Source of the DNA: a virus
Strand: one strand, 5' to 3'
Virus record (IMG/VR): IMGVR_UViG_3300033153_005812
Span: 11,915 to 75,914 of that record
DNA length: 64,000 nt
The position numbers and the translations under genes are program-made. Positions 55,114-64,000 of the stretch are shown here, in pieces. Numbering within the stretch: the stretch's first letter is position 1; the number at the start of each line of letters is the position of its first letter. Under the pieces are notes generated by a model. It was not told the origin of the DNA. It saw only the letters and a list, made by a program, of their open reading frames with translations, and did not search any database.

Positions 55114-57724
55114 TGTCGCGATCAATGCACTCCGAGCAAAACACGGAGCACAGCAATTTGATGACGCTGCGAAGAAAATACAACGCGGTGCGAGGGGTAT
55201 AGATAAAGATGTGATTCGCACTCAAAAAGGATTAGGAGGTCTTGCGAGTCAATTCAAAACTGTAGCGGTTGCTGCTGGCGGGATGATGATGCTTTATAAA
55301 GTAGGGGGTCTCTTAAAATCTTCTGTCCAAGAAATGGCAAAATATGAATTGGAGTTAGCTAACATTTCTACAATGTTAGATGAGACTTCGATGAAATATA
55401 TGCCACGATATAAAGCAGAACTCGGAAAATTAGCTGTTGAATACGGAGAAGCAACAACTACACTTTCTAAGGGATTGTACGATATTTTGTCTGCGAGTGT
55501 AGATGCTGCAGAAGCTTTGGATGTGCTGGATGTAGCGGCGAGGGCGGCGAAAGCAGGGATTACAGATACAGGAAAAGCAGCCGATATTTTAACTACGATC
55601 ATCAATGCTTATGGGATGTCAGCAGATCAAGCTGAAGAGATATCTGATATCTTATTTGCTACTGTAAAACGTGGAAAAACTACGTTTGATGAATTAGCAT
55701 CTTCAATGGGTATGGTAGTTTCTTTATCTGCGACGGCTGGTTTAAGCATACAAGAAGTTTCTGCTGCTTTAGCTACAATGACGAGAGCAGGCATTAGTAC
55801 GGATATGGCGATGACTTCTTTGAGAGGGATTTTAACCACATTCTTAAGCCCTACAAAACAAAATATCGTTGCTGCAAAAGAATTGGGTTTAGAATTAAAT
55901 GCTAACACTCTTCGTACAATAGGTTTAACTGGAGCAGTTAAAAAATTAAATGGAGCTTCGGCAGAACAAATATCTGCGGTCTTTTCTAATGTTAGAGCTT
56001 TGACGGGTCTTGCCGCTTTATTGCAAGGAACTGAAGGACACATGATAGATTTAGGAGCTGCTACTGACTCAACAGGAAAAACATTAGAAGCTTTTGGAAA
56101 AGTTTCTGACACAGTTTCTTTCAAACTTGCACAATTCCGAGAAGAATGGAAGGCTACAAAACGTGTCTTTGGTGAAGAGTTAAAACCTTCGCTTACTCCA
56201 GCTTTATGGGTTTTGAGAAAAGTAATGGAGGATCTTGCTTTAGGTGTATCCGATATCGGTCCAGCTATTAAATCAGTATCTGCTCCTTTTGTTGATTTTG
56301 CTGGCGATGTCCTTCTGCTTACAGGGAGAGTAGCAGGTTTGAATCCAGAATGGAGGGAATTGTCTGATAATTTAGTAGATGCTGGTGAGGCTACTAATTA
56401 TTTAGCGGAGAAGCTTTTAGGTTTAGATTGGAATCTTAAGACTGTAACAACTTCGGTGCAAGATTCTACGACAGAGTGGGAAGATTTCACCCAACAGATG
56501 TTTAATGCCGGAGCATCTATGGAGATGTTGGAGAAGCTCGGCGTAAGTGCTGAGAAAAGATTAGCTATGACTACTGCTAATTCTCTCCGGCAGATGGAAA
56601 AGAAGGGTAAGATCACTGATGAGACTACACTGAAGTTTATAGAGAATGCGAAGAAAGAGGCGAAAGCAGCGGAAGACAGATTTGCAGTATTGATTAAAGA
56701 GGTACGGCTTGAACAAGAAGTCGCACATCTTACCGGAGAAGAACGAGAACGTGCTATAAAGTTGCAAGAGCTCGAAGTGGCGACTAAAGTTCTCGGTACT
56801 GCGGCTTCTGGAAAATTGAGAGACGCATATATTAAAGAGCTCGATGTTTTGCAGGAGATTGAAGAGACAAAGAAAAGAGCAGGGAAGATAGCCGAAGCAA
56901 CTGAGCAGACTCAACAATTACTCCGAGAGGTACAACTTGAGCAAGAGGTATTATATCTTACTAATGAAGAGCGAGAACGGGCTATAAAATTACAAGAGCT
57001 TGAAACTGCTGCTAAGATTCTTGGTGCTGACGCCTCTGAAAAATTGAAAACGGAGTATATTGCGGAGCTTAAGAAACTACAAGATATGAAAGAAATGAAA
57101 GTTCTTGTAGATAAAGTTAGAACAGGTGTCGGTGACTTGGTAAGAGCTCCGTTGACTGCTCTTATGGATGAGACTCGAGATATGGGTGATGTTCTTGAGG
57201 ATGTTTTGCGGGATATAGGAATGAGTGTTCTCGAAACATTGTATCAGGAGACAATAACAAAGCCGTTAGAAGACTTATTGATGAAATCAATATCGAAGAT
57301 GACTGCTCCAATAGCAGATGCACTTTCTAATTTACTTGGTGGTATTGCAGGTGGTCTAATGACAGGTATAGGTTCGATGATTGGAGGAGCTTTTTTTGCT
57401 GAGAAAGGTTTGGTTGTGAATAACGGAAGAGTCACAACTTTTGACAGAGGTGGTCTTATAAATAAGCCTACTATATTTCCAATGGCGAATGGAATGGGCC
57501 TTATGGGTGAGAAGGGGACAGAGGCTGTTATGCCGTTATCGAGAGATGAAAGTGGACGCCTCGGTGTTCGTGCTGAGATGCCTCAGACTGGGACTTCTCT
57601 TAAAATTGTGAACGTTCTTGATGAATCAGTTTTTGAGGATTATTTATCGACAGGAGCTGGCGAAAAAGCTGTTGTGAATATCATGAGACGAAATAGAGAC
57701 GAGATTAAAGAGGTTACTTTCTAA
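55100..57724 (+). CDS. tape measure protein (TP901-like)
   Basis: Helical Ala-rich repeats, GLYDILSA, GKTTFDELA; C-terminal GGLINKPT.F...GLMGE.G.EAVMPL. Confidence 0.9.
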   Translation: MPTLDVAINALRAKHGAQQFDDAAKKIQRGARGIDKDVIRTQKGLGGLASQFKTVAVAAGGMMMLYKVGGLLKSSVQEMAKYELELANISTMLDETSMKYMPRYKAELGKLAVEYGEATTTLSKGLYDILSASVDAAEALDVLDVAARAAKAGITDTGKAADILTTIINAYGMSADQAEEISDILFATVKRGKTTFDELASSMGMVVSLSATAGLSIQEVSAALATMTRAGISTDMAMTSLRGILTTFLSPTKQNIVAAKELGLELNANTLRTIGLTGAVKKLNGASAEQISAVFSNVRALTGLAALLQGTEGHMIDLGAATDSTGKTLEAFGKVSDTVSFKLAQFREEWKATKRVFGEELKPSLTPALWVLRKVMEDLALGVSDIGPAIKSVSAPFVDFAGDVLLLTGRVAGLNPEWRELSDNLVDAGEATNYLAEKLLGLDWNLKTVTTSVQDSTTEWEDFTQQMFNAGASMEMLEKLGVSAEKRLAMTTANSLRQMEKKGKITDETTLKFIENAKKEAKAAEDRFAVLIKEVRLEQEVAHLTGEERERAIKLQELEVATKVLGTAASGKLRDAYIKELDVLQEIEETKKRAGKIAEATEQTQQLLREVQLEQEVLYLTNEERERAIKLQELETAAKILGADASEKLKTEYIAELKKLQDMKEMKVLVDKVRTGVGDLVRAPLTALMDETRDMGDVLEDVLRDIGMSVLETLYQETITKPLEDLLMKSISKMTAPIADALSNLLGGIAGGLMTGIGSMIGGAFFAEKGLVVNNGRVTTFDRGGLINKPTIFPMANGMGLMGEKGTEAVMPLSRDESGRLGVRAEMPQTGTSLKIVNVLDESVFEDYLSTGAGEKAVVNIMRRNRDEIKEVTF

Positions 57725-58971
57725 TGGCCTATGAAACAGGAATAATATCTTCAAACGGTTACATCGGCGTTCTTGAAGCTCTGAGAGATTTTGTTACAAA
57801 AGCTAATTCTATTTCTTCAGTTACTGATCCAGATCCTGCGAATACTGGTCAAGGGACTGTAACTGATATATCTGCAGAAGATACAGCTCCTTCAGAAACT
57901 TGGACACTGACTTGCACAGTTGGTGGAGCGACGGGAACTTTCTCAGTTGTAGGTTCTGTAAGTGGAGCTCAAGCTGATGCGACTGTTGGGACTCCTTATG
58001 ATAATGATATTGTCGCCTTTACTATAAACGACGGCGATCCTGATTTTATAATTGGGGATGATTTCGAATTCACAGTGACCGAAGTGATGGGGACGGAAAA
58101 ATGGACTGTGAAAAGAGATGAAGACGCAGATGATGATAAAGAATTGATTTTTAGTGTTGAAGATGAATATTATGTAGGTATAAAAACCTTTCATGGTGAT
58201 TACGAGGGTGATCCTTACTATAATTGGCAGTTGAATGGATTCACAGGTTATAACGCAGTACAGACTTTCTACGAACAACCAGGATCAATATCTACAAGTT
58301 GGATGGATCTTCCGTTGGTTTTACTTGAAATAGGAGCCTGTGAATATTGGTTTGTAGCCAATGGTCGTAGAATAATTGGATGTATAAAAGTAGGAACGAT
58401 TTATGCTCCATTTTATTTAGGACTTCTTCTTCCGTATGGTACTCCCAATACTCTTCCTTATCCGTTGGTTATAGGAGGCTCAGCGGTTTATTATAGCGAT
58501 GATAGATTAAGTTCTTCTTGTACTTATTATAATCATAGAGGTTTTATTGATCCTTATGCTCTCAATAATGAGTATGATTGTCGCAGTTCGTTAAAATTTC
58601 TCAACGGTGTATGGATTTCGTTCGGTAATCAACGCGGAAATGATAATCGAAGTCATCAATCTAATGTCGTGAAAATAAATAATGTTTGGCCGGGAGTGTA
58701 TTCAATATATAGTAGTAGTCCTTATTGGCCGAATGAATTAAAATGGTCTTGTGAAAGAAATATAGATGGGACTTATCCTTTGTTTCCTCTTATTTTAATG
58801 GCTTCACAACCACATAAAAATATCTTTGGAGAATTAGATGGAGTTTTTACAGTTTGGGGTGATAGAGTTATTACTGAAGATGATATAATTTTTGAAGGTA
58901 AAACTTATAAAGTGTTTCAAAATTGTTTTCGCACTTATCCTCATAATTTTTGGGCGATGCGATTGGAGTAA
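57724..58971 (+). CDS. tail/baseplate structural protein with one inserted module
   Basis: After the TMP; YWFVANGRRI, PYPLVIGG, FGELDGVF; the N-terminal module is shared with the tail tube. Confidence 0.65.
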   Translation: MAYETGIISSNGYIGVLEALRDFVTKANSISSVTDPDPANTGQGTVTDISAEDTAPSETWTLTCTVGGATGTFSVVGSVSGAQADATVGTPYDNDIVAFTINDGDPDFIIGDDFEFTVTEVMGTEKWTVKRDEDADDDKELIFSVEDEYYVGIKTFHGDYEGDPYYNWQLNGFTGYNAVQTFYEQPGSISTSWMDLPLVLLEIGACEYWFVANGRRIIGCIKVGTIYAPFYLGLLLPYGTPNTLPYPLVIGGSAVYYSDDRLSSSCTYYNHRGFIDPYALNNEYDCRSSLKFLNGVWISFGNQRGNDNRSHQSNVVKINNVWPGVYSIYSSSPYWPNELKWSCERNIDGTYPLFPLILMASQPHKNIFGELDGVFTVWGDRVITEDDIIFEGKTYKVFQNCFRTYPHNFWAMRLE

Positions 58972-58974
58972 CTG

Positions 58975-60117
58975 ATGGATTATCAAAGTGGTGTTTATAC
59001 ATCTGCACATAATTTGTTAGGAATAATTAAGTCTTCCTTAGAGGCTGATGGATGGACAATAAATAGCTGGACATCGGATGAATCTGGTTATGAAAGTTGG
59101 AGCGGTTTAGATTATGCTGGAGCGATGCGTCTTCATGTTAAGAAGCAAGCTGGTGATGGAACTTGGATGTACTTTAATCTCAAATCAGTAAGTCGAGGGG
59201 TGATTTTTGGGGATTATTACGATAATGAGACTATGCAGAATGATCGTTATTATTCTGAGATTAGAGGTATAGGGATAAATGGTTCTACGGGTTATGACGG
59301 AGGAGAAAAATGGGACGAACAACCGGGATACCCTGTATCTAAGGGAACTTCTAAAAGTACAGGAGCGTGTGTGACAGAGCTCCCTGTAGATTCAGGTCTT
59401 TCATATCATATCTTTCACTACACAGATCTTTGTGTCGTTGTAGTGGAAATCGCTGCTAATCGTTATATGTATTTAGCTTTCGGACTTCTAACAAAATCAG
59501 GAGCTTATACTGGAGGCCAATTTTATTCTGGTTCGTTAGAAGTGTATCGTGCGAGTTATAATTATTGGTATGCGTGGAGTAGCGGAGTTCGTAGAGAAGA
59601 ATGGCGAAGTGCGTTTTTAGGAAATGCAGTTGCGTCTTTTGCGGCAGGGTACGCTGTTAATAGATCAACATTAGCAGTTTATTTAGAAGTAGATGGTTCT
59701 AATGCGTGGCGACATAATGCGAAAGAAGGGAATGATGACACTTCGACGATAGCTAATCTTCAAACTGGAGTTCAAGTTCCTTATTCTCGTACCGATGACG
59801 AGGATAATTATCCGCGTTATGCTATAAATTTCAATGAATTTATTTACGATAGAAGTCCTAATCATTTCAACGGTGCATCTATCTTAGCTCCTGTCTATAT
59901 ACTTGTTAGACGAGCAACAAAAAGATACACTTATTTAGGACTACCAGAAGGGATAAGAGTTATAAATAGATCACCTTATAATTCTGAAGATGAATTTTCT
60001 ATAGGTGACGATACGTGGAAGGTTTTTCCAGCATTCGATATAGCAGATGAAAGAGGGGATGATATTATAAATTTCAGCCCTCATATTGGGTTTGCATTTT
60101 TGAAGGCGACGTCGTAG
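58975..60117 (+). CDS. tail/baseplate structural protein
   Basis: MDYQSG...GWT, FGLL.K.G.YTGG and IGDDTWKVFP; position. Confidence 0.65.
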   Translation: MDYQSGVYTSAHNLLGIIKSSLEADGWTINSWTSDESGYESWSGLDYAGAMRLHVKKQAGDGTWMYFNLKSVSRGVIFGDYYDNETMQNDRYYSEIRGIGINGSTGYDGGEKWDEQPGYPVSKGTSKSTGACVTELPVDSGLSYHIFHYTDLCVVVVEIAANRYMYLAFGLLTKSGAYTGGQFYSGSLEVYRASYNYWYAWSSGVRREEWRSAFLGNAVASFAAGYAVNRSTLAVYLEVDGSNAWRHNAKEGNDDTSTIANLQTGVQVPYSRTDDEDNYPRYAINFNEFIYDRSPNHFNGASILAPVYILVRRATKRYTYLGLPEGIRVINRSPYNSEDEFSIGDDTWKVFPAFDIADERGDDIINFSPHIGFAFLKATS

Positions 60118-60168
60118 AACTGTGTGGTTCTACAATTCAATAAATCGATTTGTTGAAAGGGTTATATC

Positions 60169-60570
60169 ATGGGAAGTTTCGGTAACTATTTAGAGGACAA
60201 GTTGTTGGATCATGTAGTCGGGAAGACATCGTTTACGATGCCAACTTGTTATGTGGGTTTGTCCACAGCGGATCCGACAGATGATGCCAGTGGGAATGCA
60301 GAACCGGCAGACGGGTATGCCAGAGTTGCGACGGATGGAGATGATTGGAATGCTTCGTCTGGTGGTAGTATCAGTAATGCGGAGGATATTACGTTCCCTG
60401 AGGCTTCCGGCGACTGGGGGACGATAACGCACTTCGCGTTGTGGGATGCTGCGACTGTCGGAAACATGTTGGCTCACGGTGCTCTTGCATCCTCGAAGCA
60501 CATTGAGTCTGGTGAAATTGCTAAGTTCGCGGGTGGAACTCCTGGCGATCTGGTTCTGACGCTCGACTGA
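60169..60570 (+). CDS. small tail-fibre-associated protein
   Basis: YLEDKLLDH, YVGLSTADP, GYARV, ITFPEA.GDWGTITHFALWDAAT.GN. Confidence 0.7.
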   Translation: MGSFGNYLEDKLLDHVVGKTSFTMPTCYVGLSTADPTDDASGNAEPADGYARVATDGDDWNASSGGSISNAEDITFPEASGDWGTITHFALWDAATVGNMLAHGALASSKHIESGEIAKFAGGTPGDLVLTLD

Positions 60571-60600
60571 GAATTCCTCGCTTCTGTTGTAAAGCAAAAC

Positions 60601-60633
60601 AAGCAGAGCCTGGATTCTTCCAGGCTTTGCTTT
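60601..60633 (+). terminator. probable intrinsic terminator
   Basis: AAGCAGAGCCTGGA/TCCAGGCTTTGCTT stem. Confidence 0.55.
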
Positions 60634-60667
60634 ACGCAATAATTCATATTATTTCGAGGAAAGAAAA

Positions 60668-62230
60668 ATGTCTAATGTCTATCCTGCAACTGGTTTAATC
60701 GGCGGTGCATCGGGTGATCTCGATAATATAGATGGAGCTGATTTAGCAGATCAAGACGGTGCAATAGTCATAACTGAATCTGCTGTTTATACTTATCATT
60801 TAGACGATGATTCTGCCGCAGGGGAAGATTCTCCGCAGATTATTGCACCAGATGATAATCCTGGTGACAAGAGATGGCTTCTGAAGAACGGTGTTTTCGC
60901 TGATGTTATATCGTATGGAGATGTTTCATTGGTAGATGGTAGCACCGTCGGTGTGGTTGATGGTCCACTAATAACTTTCGATGGCGATAACGATTATCTT
61001 GAAATTTCAGGGTGTTATGTCGGTTTAGGAACAGCCGTTCCAGGTCAAATTATTGATGCAAGAAGTGTTTCGAGCGTCATAGGGGATGCACGATTTAATG
61101 TGCTCCTTTTTGATGATACAGCGATGGATGCTGGAGTTGGAGCGGGTATAGTTTTTGGTGGCCAATATCAGACTGGTGGAGCTCAAACAACATTTGCTGG
61201 TATCTGGGGTGAAAAAGAGAATGCGGATACTGATGATTTTGCAGGTCAATTACATTTAGGAACAAGAGTCGCTGCAGGAACTATTTCAAGCGATCTTATT
61301 ATCGACAGTCTTGGTAGAATAGGTGTCGGTACGATTCTTCCAAACGATATTATACATGTTAGTCATGCGACGGATGCTGTTATTACGATTCAAAGATACA
61401 ACAACGCTGAGGGTGGTGTTGCTGGAATGAAGTTTAAGATTACGCAAAATGAAGATGATGATTATTATTATGCTGGAATTTTAACAAGAAGAAATGCAGC
61501 TTCTTCTCTTGATTTATTTTTTCCTACGCAGTCGACCGAGGGTGAGTTAACGTACGATCTTTCTAAATTCACAATTTTGAACGGAGGTAATGTCGGTGTT
61601 AATACCTTAACACCAGATGCCAAATTTCAAGTTGTAGGTAACTGCAAGTTTGGGGAAGACACTACTAATCATCTTAGTCTTGCTACTAATGGTGAGATAA
61701 GACTATACGGTACAGCGAGAGTGAATAGACATCTTAGGATAGGAGCAGTTTCATTTTTTAAGCTGAGCGATCCTCCTGAAGAAGATGTTGTTGGAGTAGT
61801 TCCTGTCCTTAGATTTTCAGATGCTACTGTGGAACAAGTGTTCTACAGTGGCGTGATTCCATTTAGATTAGTCTCTGGAACCACTATTAACGTGGAAATA
61901 GATTGGTGTTACGGTATCGCACCCGATTCTACGGATCCTGATGCGGGTCAAGTCGCTTGGAAGATAGATTTTCTTAATCTTGCAACAGGTGAAGTAGTCG
62001 CTACGGCTGCGACTACAATTGAGGGATTATCTGCGGCTTCTCAAGATCCAGCAAAACGTATCACAACGGTATTTACAACGGGGATTACAGGAGCTGTGGC
62101 GAAGGATGTTTTAGGTATTAGATTGTATAGAGATACAACTGATGAAGACGATGATTTAGCTGTAGATGCTTGTTTCATTCAACTTTACTTGTATTTCATC
62201 ATGGATAAGTTGGGTGAGCCTACAACATAA
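60668..62230 (+). CDS. tail fibre / receptor-binding protein
   Basis: Repeated G.VG.GT..P shaft motifs and a beta-sandwich-like C-terminus. Confidence 0.65.
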   Translation: MSNVYPATGLIGGASGDLDNIDGADLADQDGAIVITESAVYTYHLDDDSAAGEDSPQIIAPDDNPGDKRWLLKNGVFADVISYGDVSLVDGSTVGVVDGPLITFDGDNDYLEISGCYVGLGTAVPGQIIDARSVSSVIGDARFNVLLFDDTAMDAGVGAGIVFGGQYQTGGAQTTFAGIWGEKENADTDDFAGQLHLGTRVAAGTISSDLIIDSLGRIGVGTILPNDIIHVSHATDAVITIQRYNNAEGGVAGMKFKITQNEDDDYYYAGILTRRNAASSLDLFFPTQSTEGELTYDLSKFTILNGGNVGVNTLTPDAKFQVVGNCKFGEDTTNHLSLATNGEIRLYGTARVNRHLRIGAVSFFKLSDPPEEDVVGVVPVLRFSDATVEQVFYSGVIPFRLVSGTTINVEIDWCYGIAPDSTDPDAGQVAWKIDFLNLATGEVVATAATTIEGLSAASQDPAKRITTVFTTGITGAVAKDVLGIRLYRDTTDEDDDLAVDACFIQLYLYFIMDKLGEPTT

Positions 62231-62273
62231 CAAGAATAGAAACGCACACACTATAATAAGTTAGGAGTAAAAA

Positions 62274-62648
62274 ATGAATATTGATTTCACTCAAAAGTTG
62301 TATAAGTTTAATGGTGAACCGCTTCTTGAGGTAAGGATAGACGAGTGTGGAAAGGCTGAGATAGGAGGGGATTTGATTCTTCGCACCGTTACTGTTACAG
62401 CTTTAACAGACAGCTATCAAGATGAGAAAGATCTGTCAGCGGTAGATAAAATTAAGAGAGGGGAATTAGCATCGAAAGTTTTCAATTCAGATTCTAACGG
62501 TGTAGATTTGAGCACAGATGAAATTGCTCTGATTAAGAAATTGGTTGGGAAACGATTTAAGACGTTGATTGTTTGGCAGACGGATCCACTCTTCGAAGGG
62601 AAAGAACCGAAGCTCGGTCCTAAACTAAACTGTGAACAAAAAGTTTAA
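62274..62648 (+). CDS. fibre-associated hypothetical protein
   Basis: AGGAG RBS; DKIKRGELA.K...LSTDEIALIK motif; follows the fibre gene. Confidence 0.55.
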   Translation: MNIDFTQKLYKFNGEPLLEVRIDECGKAEIGGDLILRTVTVTALTDSYQDEKDLSAVDKIKRGELASKVFNSDSNGVDLSTDEIALIKKLVGKRFKTLIVWQTDPLFEGKEPKLGPKLNCEQKV

Positions 62649-62687
62649 TTCTCATCTCGGCGTTAAACAATAGGTGTCAGTGATATC

Positions 62688-64000
62688 GTGACATTTTGGC
62701 GTGATAGAGACGTTCACTGGAAGGACGCTGACGATATTTGGATTCCGCATTACGCGGATATCACAGGAATTGTAGAGGGACAGTCCGTTGCGTCTGCAAC
62801 TCTTACAAGACACGATACTCAGTTAGTTGGTTCCTCCGCTGGACAGAGTGGGGCTGATGCAACTCTTCGAGAATGGAATGACATAGTCGGCTCCTCCGCA
62901 GGACAGTCCGCTGCGTCTGCACATCTTACAAGACACGATACTCAATTAGTTGGTTCCTCCGCTGGACAGTCTGATGCTGATGCAACTCTCCACGAATGGA
63001 ACGATATAAGTGGCTCTATTGCTGCTCAGTCTGGTGCTGATGCAACTCTCCGTGAATGGAACGACATTGTAGGTTCCTCCGCTGGACAGTCCGCTGCGTC
63101 TGCAACTCTCACAAGACACGATACTCAGTTGGTTGGTTCCTCCGCTGGACAGTCTGGTGTAGATGCAACTCTAAAAGAACGAAATGAAATTGCAGGTTCC
63201 TTCGCTGGACAGTCCGCTGCGTCTGCAACTCTTACAAGACACGATACTCAATTAGTTGGTTCCTCTACTGGACAGTCTGGTGTAGATGCAACTCTCCGTG
63301 AATGGAACGATATAAGTGGCTCTATTGCTGTTCAGTCCGCTGCGTCTACACATCTTACAAGACACGATACTCAGTTAATCGGTTCCTCCGCTGGACAGTC
63401 TGGTGTTGATGCAACTCTCCAAGAATGGAGTGAAATTGCAGGTTCTATCGTTGCTCAGTCTGGTGCTGATGCAACTCTCCGTGAATGGAACGACATTGCA
63501 GGTTCCTCCGCCGGACAGTCCGCTGTTTCTGCAACTCTTACAAGACACGATACTCAGTTAGTTGGTTCCTCTACTGGACAGTCTGGTGTAGATGCAACTC
63601 TCCGTGAATGGAACGATATAAGTGGTTCCTCCACTGGACAGTCCGCTGTGTCTGCACGTCTCACAAGACACAATACTCAGTTAGTCGGCTCCTCCGCTGG
63701 ACAGTCTGCTGCATCTGCACATCTCACAAGATACGATACGCGATTAGTTGGCTCCTCCACTGGACAGTCTGGTGCTGATGCAACTCTCCGTGAATGGAAT
63801 GACATAGTCGGCTCCTCTGCTGGACAGTCCGCTGCGTCTGCACATCTTACAAGACATGACACTCAATTAGTTGGTTCATTGCTGTTCAGTCTGGTGCTGA
63901 TGCAACTCTCCGTGAATGGAATGACATAGTCGGCTCCTCTGCTGGACAGTCCGCTGCGTCTGCACATCTTACAAGACATGACACTCAATTAGTTGGTTCC
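62688..64000 (+). CDS. Ser/Ala-rich tandem-repeat fibre-like protein (apparent frameshift near 63878; runs off window)
   Basis: Alternating EWNDIVGSSAGQSAASAHLT / RHDTQLVGSSAGQSGADATLR units (123-bp super-repeat); repeats continue past the ORF-track stop at 63929 in another frame. Confidence 0.7.

Noticed and set aside
757-63862. Minus-strand ORFs in the track (e.g. 9071-9655, 37293-37838, 55627-56124)
   Set aside because: They overlap well-supported + strand genes and lack recognisable motifs; treated as shadow ORFs.
49146-64000. Diversity-generating retroelement acting on fibre repeats
   Set aside because: No reverse transcriptase seen and repeat differences are not adenine-specific.
1-64000. 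tRNA genes, lysogeny module, stop-codon reassignment
   Set aside because: No cloverleaf or integrase recognised by eye; conserved genes are full length under the standard code with TAA, TGA and TAG all used as stops. tRNAscan-SE would be needed to exclude tRNAs formally.

Overview
A 64-kb segment of a tailed dsDNA bacteriophage (siphovirus-type gene order). Essentially all real genes are on the + strand; no integrase, repressor, lysin, tRNA or CRISPR array was recognised. Left to right: (i) 1-22.8 kb, replication and nucleotide metabolism: putative SSB, a CHC2/TOPRIM primase fused to an MCM-like helicase, family A DNA polymerase, class II RNR, DNA MTase and 5'-3' exonuclease. Embedded at 10.9-17.9 kb is a probable DNA hypermodification operon: Asp-type (cytosine-specific) thymidylate-synthase homologue, aGPT-Pplase1-like protein, UDP-glucose dehydrogenase, SDR epimerase/decarboxylase, two SAM methyltransferases, and TAGT/GREB1-like and T4 BGT-like glycosyltransferases. 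(ii) 23-34 kb, small early/accessory genes, opening with a sigma70-like promoter and an array of one-gene units separated by six conserved hairpins; five of these begin with the upstream stop codon. (iii) 34.4-64 kb, packaging, head and tail genes, including a MuF head protein with ADP-ribosyltransferase and zinc-metallopeptidase domains, a -1 frameshifted tail chaperone and two repeat-rich fibre-like proteins. Several dispersed GC-rich intergenic repeats also occur. All functional calls are from motif recognition by eye, not database searches.
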